From positions 105,414 through 169,413 of the IMG/VR virus record IMGVR_UViG_3300025150_000003: a stretch of DNA of 64,000 bases, one strand, 5' to 3'. Positions 38,622-46,906 of this stretch are shown in pieces; the stretch's first letter is position 1; every line of letters begins with the position of its first letter. This DNA is from a virus. A model generated the notes under the pieces. It was not told the DNA's origin. It saw only the letters and a list, made by a program, of their open reading frames with translations, and made no database searches. The position numbers and the translations under genes were made by a program.

Positions 38622-39371
38622 CTAGCGCCCGTAGGCGCCACCCGTCTGCTGTTGCGGCTTACCATCCCACTTGTGAGCCGAAGAGAAACTGTTCAGTCGC
38701 ACATAGGCTCGACCCTGGTAATCCTGAACCTTCTTCCTCAGCGGGACCCCGATGAACTTGTTGACCATCGGCATCACATATTCGGTGGGCTCCCCACGAC
38801 CGCGCACCAACTGCTTCTCGATCTCCCTGATGATGATCATCGAAGGCAAGGTTTTCACAACCTGATAGAAATCGACGTTGGTCTGGTCGTATCCCCACGA
38901 CGAGACGAAAATGTCACCCACGATGACCGCCGAGGCCATCTTCACCACCCGTGGTCCCTTGGAACCTCCGAAGTGCTGGAACTCATAGGTCTCCACGAGA
39001 CAGTCGCCATAGCGACCGAACCGGATGATCAACTTGGGTGTGTCGTAGGCCCCAACTCCCATCTGGTCGATCAGGGACGCACTCGGCATCTCCATCTCTT
39101 CCTTGCCGACGACAACACCTGGTGTGTTGGCAGGCACCCGCACCGTCCGACCCTTCACCGTGTCGAGTGGGGTGTCCATCATCAGCATGACCTTGTCACC
39201 CTTGCGGGGTGTCGTGCTGGCGAGGAACTTCGAGGCGAGATGATCGATCTTCCGAGCGATGCGATCGGGCACGAACTTGGTTGAGTTCAGCACAGCCAAC
39301 AGAGGCTTCCGCAGCTCGGGCACCTGGGCAGCCAACTTCAAAAGTTCCTGACGCAGTGGGGTCGTGCTCAT
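38622..39371 (-). CDS. Hypothetical protein with SWGYDQTNVDFYQV domain, candidate internal virion protein
   Basis: GGAGA RBS before ATG 39371. N-terminal LRQELLKLAAQVPELRKPLL helix. On the late strand. Confidence 0.65.
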   Translation of the reverse strand: MSTTPLRQELLKLAAQVPELRKPLLAVLNSTKFVPDRIARKIDHLASKFLASTTPRKGDKVMLMMDTPLDTVKGRTVRVPANTPGVVVGKEEMEMPSASLIDQMGVGAYDTPKLIIRFGRYGDCLVETYEFQHFGGSKGPRVVKMASAVIVGDIFVSSWGYDQTNVDFYQVVKTLPSMIIIREIEKQLVRGRGEPTEYVMPMVNKFIGVPLRKKVQDYQGRAYVRLNSFSSAHKWDGKPQQQTGGAYGR

Positions 39372-39433
39372 GTTGACTGTCTCCATCCGTAGCCACGGAA
39401 CTCTACCTTTCCGGGATATTGGATAGAAAACGA

Positions 39434-39465
39434 GGGCTCAACTCTGTGAGACCACCCGTAGTAGG
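39434..39465 (+). promoter_or_regulatory. GGCTCAA-N15-CGTAGTAG promoter-like motif, copy 1 (leaderless ATG 39470)
   Basis: GGGCTCAA ctctgtgagaccacc CGTAGTAGG. Confidence 0.8.
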
Positions 39466-39469
39466 TTTC

Positions 39470-39700
39470 ATGGAGAAGGATCACTACATCTCGGATCTTG
39501 CCCACATCATCACCGGGCTAGGAGCCCGTGAGGAGCGTGCGCTGGAAACCATCCGCACGATGGACCGGCAGCCCACCCTCATCGAGGATGCTACACATGT
39601 AGCCCGACTGTATGCCCTGCGCAGTGTTCGATTTGAACTCGAAGAGATGAAAGCTGCCTGGGTCAACGACCACCCGAAGTTCAAGGTTCAGAATCTATGA
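39470..39700 (+). CDS. Hypothetical protein (76 aa), leaderless
   Basis: ATG at the predicted +1 of motif copy 1; ATGA-coupled to the next gene. Confidence 0.65.
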   Translation: MEKDHYISDLAHIITGLGAREERALETIRTMDRQPTLIEDATHVARLYALRSVRFELEEMKAAWVNDHPKFKVQNL

Positions 39701-40788
39701 ATCACCTACCGGACTGCCCTTGTGGGGCAAACGACTGGCAGGGAGCCGGAGGGCACTACAGCCCCAACGGCCAATACTACGGTCGCACCTGTGGCCGATG
39801 TGGGAAGGACCTCCACAACATCGGCCGTGATGGTTGGTGGCTCTTGTTCATCCACCCCACGACCCAGCGAGAGGTGCTAGAAGACTACGCCAACACCTCC
39901 CTGGCCATCCAGGCCCGAGCCTATGCGGCCAAATGGAAGGCTGTGAACAAGGCGCATCAGAAGGTCCTGTTCGATGCCCTCTGCCGGGAATGGGGGCTGG
40001 CCCCCGAGAAGGGTGTGGAGTGGCATCCGCTGGAGACCAAGTACGACACGGGTCTCGGCTACGAGACCTGGGACTTCGACTACCTGGACAACGAGGGCAA
40101 CCGCCTCGATCTCGATGCTCATGCGTTCCGTGAGGCGTGCCACACCCTATGGGATGCCAACCCGGAGCACCCAAGCATGGTCCGGGCTCCTGACCCCATC
40201 AACGTGCCCGATGGCATCACCGCCTATGTGAGCCGTAACAAGATCTGGGATCTCGTCCCCCTACAGGCTGGCCTCCAGCCCATCCCCCTGGACCCCCTAC
40301 GCCAAGGGTGGATCACCTACTGGGGGAGGGTCTGGAGTCTCCTGAAGGAAGCCACAGGCATCACTGTGGCCCCCGAGGAAGTACCCAACGAGTACAGCAA
40401 GGATCCCACCAACGCGGAGCCTTGGTGGAAATTCACCATCGGTCGTGGTGAGTTTCTCGTTGGTCCCCGGCATCGTGTTGTCAACATCGAAGTCTCGTCC
40501 GAGACTCCGTTCCCCACGGCCACCCTCCGTGCCCTGGCGGGCGCAGACAAGGTCACCTTCACGGCTCAGCGCCCCTGGGAGCAAGAGCTGGAGGAGCGAC
40601 TCACGAAGCTCCCGCCCGCTCGTGGTGATGGGTTCAAGGCCTGGGAAGAGACGATCACTCGTCTTGCTGCCGAGGCTGCCGAGGCCAACCAGGATGCTGC
40701 CGATGAGTCCACCAAGATGGTGATCCACGCCTACAGCCAGGCTAAGGTCGTGGAGTACCTCACCCTCGCCATTCAAAGCGTGAGCTGA
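39697..40788 (+). CDS. Hypothetical protein (363 aa) with N-terminal CxC...CxxC Zn site
   Basis: Coupled ORF with phage-like codon usage. Confidence 0.7.
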   Translation: MNHLPDCPCGANDWQGAGGHYSPNGQYYGRTCGRCGKDLHNIGRDGWWLLFIHPTTQREVLEDYANTSLAIQARAYAAKWKAVNKAHQKVLFDALCREWGLAPEKGVEWHPLETKYDTGLGYETWDFDYLDNEGNRLDLDAHAFREACHTLWDANPEHPSMVRAPDPINVPDGITAYVSRNKIWDLVPLQAGLQPIPLDPLRQGWITYWGRVWSLLKEATGITVAPEEVPNEYSKDPTNAEPWWKFTIGRGEFLVGPRHRVVNIEVSSETPFPTATLRALAGADKVTFTAQRPWEQELEERLTKLPPARGDGFKAWEETITRLAAEAAEANQDAADESTKMVIHAYSQAKVVEYLTLAIQSVS

Positions 40789-41822
40789 TGCCCCCGAGGA
40801 AGACCAAGGAGCAGGCTGAGACCAAGCCCACCATCGCCTGGATGACCGGGGCATACGCAGGCTCCGGCGGGTTCCTCCAGCAATGCACGGACAAGGTTGT
40901 GACCAGGATCAACCATCACGGTGACTACCCCGATCAAGATGGCACGTTCATCGTCACAGACCGGCTCAACGTGTTCCAAGCCTATCCCATGCTCAACGTC
41001 ATCTCTGGCGAGAACATGGAGATGTGGCTCACCAAGCAGGAGGTCGAGCAGTACCGGGGCACCCGAGCAGACGACTGGACAGAACCTCACCCTCGGACTT
41101 TTGACCTGGCCACCATTGGCCTTGTCACCCCAACCAAGACAAGGCCAGCACTTCAAGGCTGGGCTGGGTCCTCCATGTATCGGATCGTTCAAGACAAAGG
41201 GGGCCACTGGTGGTACGGGGATGTCACGATACCCCACAAGTTGGCCTACTGGCACCGCTTCAAAGGCAAGAGGGGGACGGATCTTAGACTTCCCGAACTA
41301 CGTTTCCTGTACCCGCACCTGACCTACATGGGGCCGGATTCGGATCATGTCACCGTCTCCCCGTGGGGGGAGAAGAGTCGATCAGATCGACTCCTCATCG
41401 CGACGTATGAGGTACAGCGCCTTGTGGAGTCACTCAGGATGACGGGGGTCTATTACCCACAAGGGAACGCCCGTTGGAATGTGGAAATCGCCGAGAAGGA
41501 GTGCAGAACCCTCCGCGACAGTTTGATGGTCAACCTCATTGACAAAGAGGACTCAGCCTCAAAGCTCCTTGAGCACGCTCAGAAGGAAGCTGAGACTGCC
41601 CAAAACGCAGCCCATGAAGCCAAAATGAGGGCAACTCGTCTCGAAGGTGAGTTGAAAGAGCTGCGAGCGATCCCACCTACCGAACGGGATGCTATCCTCT
41701 CCCGCCTTTCCAAGGAAAGGGACGATGCCCTCGAACGTGCCTTGTGGGCAGAAAAAGCCCTAGAGACGGCTCGGGAATGCAACACGGGCTGGGATTGGAG
41801 TCGGGTGCTCGACGAGGACTAG
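40788..41822 (+). CDS. Hypothetical protein (344 aa) with C-terminal coiled coil
   Basis: TGATG-coupled; E/K/A-rich heptads near the C-terminus. Confidence 0.7.
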   Translation: MPPRKTKEQAETKPTIAWMTGAYAGSGGFLQQCTDKVVTRINHHGDYPDQDGTFIVTDRLNVFQAYPMLNVISGENMEMWLTKQEVEQYRGTRADDWTEPHPRTFDLATIGLVTPTKTRPALQGWAGSSMYRIVQDKGGHWWYGDVTIPHKLAYWHRFKGKRGTDLRLPELRFLYPHLTYMGPDSDHVTVSPWGEKSRSDRLLIATYEVQRLVESLRMTGVYYPQGNARWNVEIAEKECRTLRDSLMVNLIDKEDSASKLLEHAQKEAETAQNAAHEAKMRATRLEGELKELRAIPPTERDAILSRLSKERDDALERALWAEKALETARECNTGWDWSRVLDED

Positions 41823-42394
41823 AACTTCAAGTCTATCCCAAGCCTGTTACCATTGCGAGCATGAGGCACCGCACAGCACTTCCCGACAATCATCGGGGTG
41901 GTGATGCCAACCAGGGCCAGCCGAACGTCTGGGTCGTTGCACAGGAACCCATTCTCGCTGACCACGAGGTCCTCGTTGAGGTTGTAGGTGATGAACCCAC
42001 CCGTACCATCCCTCAACCCACCAGGGCCAATGGCCACCGTCTCGAAGATACGGAACAAGAATCGACCACCACCAGCCGTGATGGTGACGGTAGAGGCCCC
42101 TGCACGAGAGCCCTGCTCTGTTCGGAGCTGAACCCCAGTGTAGTTGTTCACCGGACCCGAGAAGGAGCCAGGGTCATAGTCTTCAGAAGGGAAGGCCAAG
42201 AACCCCGTGGCGCTGTTTCCATCGGAGGCTTCCACAACGTACTCATCCACCATGTTCGGTGGTGGGATGTACTTGACCCAGATCCCTCCCTGCCAGCCTT
42301 GGGCACGGAGATTGGGGCCGGCGGTCGCGGGGAACTTATCCCCGTTGATGACCAGAACCACGTCGTCGGTCAGGTTGGTTGTTTGCTCAGCCAC
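41819..42394 (-). CDS. Putative virion protein, possibly capsid decoration/cement (191 aa)
   Basis: Late strand, GAGGTG RBS, beta-rich Gly pattern (LVVSENGFL...IVGKCCAVP...LGIDLKF). The function is a guess. Confidence 0.5.
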   Translation of the reverse strand: MAEQTTNLTDDVVLVINGDKFPATAGPNLRAQGWQGGIWVKYIPPPNMVDEYVVEASDGNSATGFLAFPSEDYDPGSFSGPVNNYTGVQLRTEQGSRAGASTVTITAGGGRFLFRIFETVAIGPGGLRDGTGGFITYNLNEDLVVSENGFLCNDPDVRLALVGITTPMIVGKCCAVPHARNGNRLGIDLKF

Positions 42395-42442
42395 ATCTCA
42401 CCTCTACCCGAGTAGGGCCAAAGGCAGAAAACCGAACTGAGG

Positions 42443-42474
42443 GGGCTCAACTTGGCGTAGCCATCCGTAGTAGG
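42443..42474 (+). promoter_or_regulatory. GGCTCAA-N15-CGTAGTAG motif, copy 2
   Basis: GGGCTCAA cttggcgtagccatc CGTAGTAGG. Confidence 0.8.
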
Positions 42475-42498
42475 TGTGTACAAGGCACCACGGAGAAC

Positions 42499-42753
42499 AT
42501 GATGTTGAAGGACATGATCGAGTTCAAACGAGAGCAGAACGTCCGCATCGACACTGGGGACGTGGTGTTCGATGGCAAGATCCGAGCCGTCATCTCGATG
42601 AACCGGAAGAACACCAGTGACGAGGATCGCCTCTGTCACAACTACATCGTCGTGAACTACAACGACGGTGAGGTGGACACCGTTGCACGTTTCTACCAGC
42701 GCCGGTCTGGACACATCTTCAACTCACGAGGCTGGACGCTGGAAGCCGAGTAG
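42499..42753 (+). CDS. Hypothetical protein (84 aa)
   Basis: GGAGA RBS before ATG 42499, downstream of motif copy 2. Confidence 0.65.
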   Translation: MMLKDMIEFKREQNVRIDTGDVVFDGKIRAVISMNRKNTSDEDRLCHNYIVVNYNDGEVDTVARFYQRRSGHIFNSRGWTLEAE

Positions 42754-42755
42754 TA

Positions 42756-42787
42756 GGGCTCAACTCTGACCAGCCAAGCGTAGTAGG
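42756..42787 (+). promoter_or_regulatory. GGCTCAA-N15-CGTAGTAG motif, copy 3 (leaderless ATG 42791)
   Basis: GGGCTCAA ctctgaccagccaag CGTAGTAGG. Confidence 0.8.
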
Positions 42788-42790
42788 TAC

Positions 42791-43045
42791 ATGAAGATCC
42801 GACTCACATTCAAGACCCCGGACATCCTGCTCGACACCGCCGAGCAGTACCTCGACAACCCCGAATTCCAGCGCTGGCTCCTTCATGAGGAGTGGGCCAA
42901 CCCGGGAGACAAGGATCGCCAGATGCGAGACGCCGCCGAAGATGCTCTGACGGAGAAACTTCAGGGCATCGTCCGTTCAGGTGAGTACCTCACCATCGAA
43001 GTCGATCTGGACACCAAGACCGCCACCGTCGTGAAGGGAGAGTAA
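42791..43045 (+). CDS. Hypothetical phage protein (84 aa), leaderless
   Basis: MKIRLTFKTPD...GEYLTIEVDLDTKTATVV; ATG at the predicted +1. Confidence 0.7.
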   Translation: MKIRLTFKTPDILLDTAEQYLDNPEFQRWLLHEEWANPGDKDRQMRDAAEDALTEKLQGIVRSGEYLTIEVDLDTKTATVVKGE

Positions 43046-43047
43046 CC

Positions 43048-43752
43048 GTGACTGTTCTGACCGCCATCATCGCCATCATCGCCATCCTGGGGATGGTGAT
43101 GACCGTACAACTGTCCCGCAAGTACCGGGTCAATGCCGCTGCGTTCACGGCCCAGATCCAGAAGCTCGTGATGGCCAACAGCATCGACAGGGCCATCAGG
43201 CTCTGCAACGCCGTACAGGAGGCCCCCCTGCCTTCTGCGGTGAAAAGCCTCCTCGTCCGGTCCAACCGCCCCCACGAGCTTCCGCTCTACTACGAGCAGG
43301 AATACGAGGGGCTGACCCAGAAGGCATCCGAGATCAACAACTACAAGGGATGGCATGGCATGGCCGCCTTGGTGGGGAACCTACTTCTCGTGGGCATCCT
43401 CTACTTCGCGACACCTGAGGCTGACAAGGGGGGCACCACGACCTGGCTGGTGGTCTACCTCTCGGCTTCCATCCTCCTCTCAGGCCTACTGACCAGCCTC
43501 CACCACCACCTGAAGGGGTCGCGGGTGTACCTCCACAAGGTGTACATCATGCTGCTGAACCGCCAGAGCTACACCCCCAAGAGCCACGAAGTCCGCCACC
43601 TCACTCGACAGGAGATCGAGGCCTGGCAGGCCTCCATGGATGCCTTCAACGCGGACTACAGCACCCGCAAAGCGTCTGGAGCGCCCGTGGAGAAGGTGGA
43701 AGACGAGTACAAGGCCAACGCTGATGACCGTGGCGTCCTCCCGCCCCTCTGA
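43048..43752 (+). CDS. Degenerate MotA/TolQ/ExbB-family (AglR-like) membrane protein
   Basis: Three hydrophobic segments. The loop YRVNAAAFTAQIQKLVMANSIDRAIRLCNA..APLPSAVKSLL resembles myxobacterial-type TolQ/ExbB/AglR loops (recalled, not searched). Confidence 0.6.
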   Translation: MTVLTAIIAIIAILGMVMTVQLSRKYRVNAAAFTAQIQKLVMANSIDRAIRLCNAVQEAPLPSAVKSLLVRSNRPHELPLYYEQEYEGLTQKASEINNYKGWHGMAALVGNLLLVGILYFATPEADKGGTTTWLVVYLSASILLSGLLTSLHHHLKGSRVYLHKVYIMLLNRQSYTPKSHEVRHLTRQEIEAWQASMDAFNADYSTRKASGAPVEKVEDEYKANADDRGVLPPL

Positions 43753-43763
43753 ACCAGAAAGAA

Positions 43764-44141
43764 ATGCAGACAAAACTTGAAACAGTAGAACAGATGCGTA
43801 CCAGAGCACGGGCAAGCAACCAATCCTGGATGGATTTCGCCGCTTCAATCCATGATGTGGGCTATGCTCTATATCCTCTGGGCAAAGACACACTGACCTG
43901 GCTGGAACAAGCACGTCCCATCAGGGACGAAACCTGCCCACTCGAACTACGAAAGGCCGTACTACATACCGGGCGGCAAACCTCTCTCTTCGGAGAAGAC
44001 ATCTACATCGTGGATGGACGGGCCGACCACGTCATCTGGATGAGACACCAAACCTGCAACACCAGTGCCCTACTTCACCGTGGTGATGGGCTATATTGTG
44101 CCACCTGCCACGCAAGTGTTTCCCAGCAAGAGACCATATAA
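43764..44141 (+). CDS. Hypothetical protein (125 aa) with C-terminal HxxC...CxxC
   Basis: Packed ORF within the cassette. Confidence 0.6.
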   Translation: MQTKLETVEQMRTRARASNQSWMDFAASIHDVGYALYPLGKDTLTWLEQARPIRDETCPLELRKAVLHTGRQTSLFGEDIYIVDGRADHVIWMRHQTCNTSALLHRGDGLYCATCHASVSQQETI

Positions 44142-44172
44142 TCATCTGATTCTCAATCACAGGAGACCACGG

Positions 44173-44487
44173 ATGCCTGTCACACTCCATTCACCCGAGC
44201 AGAAGCCTCCGGTTTACGAGATTGAGGTCGTGGGGGCAGCGGAACTGCTTTCCAGAGCCCAGATCGAAGACCTGAGTCGGAGACTCGGAGAGTTCCTGGG
44301 GATTCCCGATGCCACCCTGCTCTCCCCACAAGCCCGAGCCTATCTTGATGCCCTTATGGATGTCGTCCACCAAGAAGCCGAAGAAGTCGCCTGGCTCGGC
44401 AAACGACGATTCGACTCTGATGCCGTCGCCTACCACGCCAGGAGACTCATCAAACACCTGGACGCTGAAACCAAGAAAAGAGAGTAG
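44173..44487 (+). CDS. Hypothetical protein (104 aa)
   Basis: AGGAGA RBS before ATG 44173. Confidence 0.6.
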   Translation: MPVTLHSPEQKPPVYEIEVVGAAELLSRAQIEDLSRRLGEFLGIPDATLLSPQARAYLDALMDVVHQEAEEVAWLGKRRFDSDAVAYHARRLIKHLDAETKKRE

Positions 44488-44657
44488 TCAATCGGTGTAC
44501 CACATCATACGTGGATTCATCAGAATCCGTTCAGTGCTACCTGCCTGTTCAGTGTTTTGTGACCCCCGCCATTTCATTGGTCAGAGGCAGGTTTTGACCC
44601 TAGTGCGGAGAGAGCCCACCATCTGGCCCGACTACTGAACAACTTTGGTAGCGCCAA

Positions 44658-44689
44658 AGGCTCAACTTCCTGAGCCCACCCGTAGTAGA
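44658..44689 (+). promoter_or_regulatory. GGCTCAA-N15-CGTAGTAG motif, copy 4
   Basis: AGGCTCAA cttcctgagcccacc CGTAGTAGA. Confidence 0.8.
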
Positions 44690-44765
44690 GTCAGGTGAGT
44701 CCTGGTGAACTGGTAGCCAGGGGCAAGGTTCCGCCAACAACGTGATGAACAAGCAGGAGAGTAAG

Positions 44766-45029
44766 ATGGACAAACTAGCCCAAATCATTGCAGAGCACCC
44801 CACCAAGCGATGGAGGGCTCATACAGGGTTCGTCACCCCGGTGATGTTGCGTGCGGTCTTTGAAGAAGCCAAGACGCGGGACATCATCACGGTGGCAGAG
44901 GTGCAGGAGATGCCCGACTTCATTGGCACCCTGTTCCTCGCACGCACCACCTGCAAATGGCTGGAGCGGATGGGATTGCTCCGTGAGAAGAGCGCTTGTA
45001 GTGGCAGGTTCAGCCTCGTGAAAGACTAG
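44766..45029 (+). CDS. Small winged-helix-like protein (87 aa)
   Basis: AGGAGA RBS; ITVAEV...ARTTCKWLERMGLLREK...GRFSL is wHTH-like. Confidence 0.5.
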   Translation: MDKLAQIIAEHPTKRWRAHTGFVTPVMLRAVFEEAKTRDIITVAEVQEMPDFIGTLFLARTTCKWLERMGLLREKSACSGRFSLVKD

Positions 45030-45045
45030 CCATCAGCACCAAAGC

Positions 45046-45086
45046 AAAGAGGCCCCCGAACGTCTGCTCGGGGGCCTCTTTCTTTT
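45046..45086. terminator. Intrinsic terminator between convergent genes, possibly bidirectional
   Basis: AAAGAGGCCCCCGA-8 nt-TCGGGGGCCTCTTT followed by CTTTT; A-rich on the 5' side. Confidence 0.85.
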
Positions 45087-45300
45087 CTAGGACTTCGGGG
45101 TCACCCGGCTGATCAAGGTCAGGCCCTCCTCTGGCAACCAGTGCAGGTGGTCCACCTGCACGTAACGGGGGTGCTGCCACAAGTAGTTCTCACACAGGTA
45201 CTCAAACCCACCATCCGTCCTGAAACGGGATTCAAGCACTCGATAGTGGAGGGTGCTCTGCCTGCTGAACAGTGTCATTACGCTGAAACTTCGGTTTCAT
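45087..45300 (-). pseudogene. Small SH3-like gene apparently split by a frameshift
   Basis: AGGA RBS and ATG 45300 give MKPKFQRNDTVQQAEHPP, stopping at 45232. The next frame continues HYRVLESRFRTDGGFEYLC...WLPEEGLTL. Confidence 0.4.
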
Positions 45301-45433
45301 CTTTCAATCCTGGTTACGGTGTCTTCACCATGAGAGTTTCCGGCTCTCGTCGGAGAGTCGTGCGAGGCCGACTCTCCTGGCTCAATAGTCCCGCAACAAG
45401 GTGTCGTTGACACCACTTTGACAAAAAACGTCA

Positions 45434-46846
45434 CTAGGCAGAAACCCGTACCAGCGTGTCCCCCAACCACAACCCACCCGGCTTGACTGCCAACACGCCC
45501 AGCTCGACCAGACAGCCCTGCAAGTAGGACACGTCCGTGTAGGGCTCGTCCTCCCGCACTTCAAGGTAGATGAGGTCCGGTGCAGACTGGATCATCTCCC
45601 GCTTGATGCGGTCCCGTTCGATGAGCTTGTCCCACTCAGCACGGTAAGACTCGTCCACCATCCAGGGGTTGGGGAAGGTGTAGTGGAACATCCCCTGAAA
45701 CTCGACGACCAACCCAACGTCAGGGAAGTAGCCGTCAAACCGGAAGCGATGCCCCGTTGGTGGGTTGGTGAACCGCCAGCTCTTCCATTCCTCCTCAAAA
45801 TGCCGCCCGTCTAAAGCCTCCGAAACGGCATCCAAGCAACGCCTCTGAGAGACGTTCCCATGTGCCCAGATCAACCCTAGACGACGACATTCCTTCTTGA
45901 TGGTGATGTTGCTGTACCCCAACCCAGACATCGCCGCCGCAATGCTCACCTTCCCATTCTTCAGCTTGAACTTTTCCAGTTCCTCCACCGTGAGGACTAC
46001 CCGTCGGTCATCGGCCGCCTGCTCGATGTACTTGGGCGTTGCTCTCAGCCCCCACAACTCCAAGTAGGTCTTGAGCGTAGGCCACGCAACACCCAAACCT
46101 GGCATTGCCCTCCGGTGATCTACCGTCCCATCAGGCTCCAAGAAAGGCGTGAAATCCTCTTGGGTCAAACCAAGGGTCTTGGCTTCTCGGATTTTCTCTC
46201 CGAAATCGGGCGGACGAATCAGCCCCTGCAAAGCACTCTTGTCCCTCACAGGACAGTCCAAGGCGACCACCAACGCCTCAGGGTGACGCTCCCGATACCC
46301 TGAGTGCTCATGCTGTAGGTGACTGGTCAGGTTCTCCGCACGGTAGCCACACTCCAGGCAACGGATGAAGTCCTTCGACTCCTTCTTGCCCTTCCACCGT
46401 GCAACCTCCAGGAGGTTCGCCGTGGAAGCCTTGCATTCCGGGCAAGGAACGACCGAGGAGAGCTTGTGCACCTCGTGCTCCCTCCCACAAGAGGGGCACA
46501 CGATGCTCTTGGTGCCATCGTAAGCATCGGAGGCCACCCGACCCTGTTGGATGGCCTCCCGTCGCTTCTCCGTGACCTTAGAGGGGCGAATGAGGGCATC
46601 CTGGTGCTTGACCCGATAGGCGTCCGCTGTGATGCCGTGGGATGCCTTCAGGTGACGAGCAAGAGTTGCCGCTCGATGCCCGCACTCAAGGCAACAGACG
46701 TAATCCTCACCCTCAACTTTCCCATTCCAACGCTGGTCCTCTTGCCACTCCAAATACTCCGGGTGGGAAGCTGCCTGGTGGCGGAAGTGAGATGCCAACC
46801 CCCGAAGGTTGGCTACCTTGATAGAACAGATGGGGCACAAAACCAC
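45434..46846 (-). CDS. Zn-finger array fused to a Vsr/DUF559-like PD-(D/E)xK endonuclease (probable homing endonuclease)
   Basis: One C2H2 finger, two Ros/MucR-like CLECG...HL...H fingers and a C4 ribbon. C-terminal RFDGYFPDVGLVVEFQGMFHY...RDRIK nuclease motif. Confidence 0.75.
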   Translation of the reverse strand: MVLCPICSIKVANLRGLASHFRHQAASHPEYLEWQEDQRWNGKVEGEDYVCCLECGHRAATLARHLKASHGITADAYRVKHQDALIRPSKVTEKRREAIQQGRVASDAYDGTKSIVCPSCGREHEVHKLSSVVPCPECKASTANLLEVARWKGKKESKDFIRCLECGYRAENLTSHLQHEHSGYRERHPEALVVALDCPVRDKSALQGLIRPPDFGEKIREAKTLGLTQEDFTPFLEPDGTVDHRRAMPGLGVAWPTLKTYLELWGLRATPKYIEQAADDRRVVLTVEELEKFKLKNGKVSIAAAMSGLGYSNITIKKECRRLGLIWAHGNVSQRRCLDAVSEALDGRHFEEEWKSWRFTNPPTGHRFRFDGYFPDVGLVVEFQGMFHYTFPNPWMVDESYRAEWDKLIERDRIKREMIQSAPDLIYLEVREDEPYTDVSYLQGCLVELGVLAVKPGGLWLGDTLVRVSA

Positions 46847-46847
46847 G

Positions 46848-46906
46848 AAAACCTCTCAGCGTGGGCCGGTGTTGAGCACCATACCCACGCTGAGAGGTTT
46901 TATCTA
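46848..46906 (-). promoter_or_regulatory. 18-bp hairpin occluding the endonuclease RBS, with overlapping sigma70-like promoter
   Basis: Perfect inverted repeat 46848-46865/46884-46901. TAGATA(46906-46901)-17 nt-TATGGT(46883-46878). RBS GAGAGG lies in the 3' arm. Confidence 0.7.

Noticed and set aside
45325-45390. Hammerhead ribozyme (CCGACGA...GAAAC) or cobalamin riboswitch (GAGCCAGGAGA)
   Set aside because: The hammerhead core CUGANGA and stem II are not satisfied, and upstream cobalamin elements are absent. CUGAUGA near 44520 also lacks the GAAA partner.
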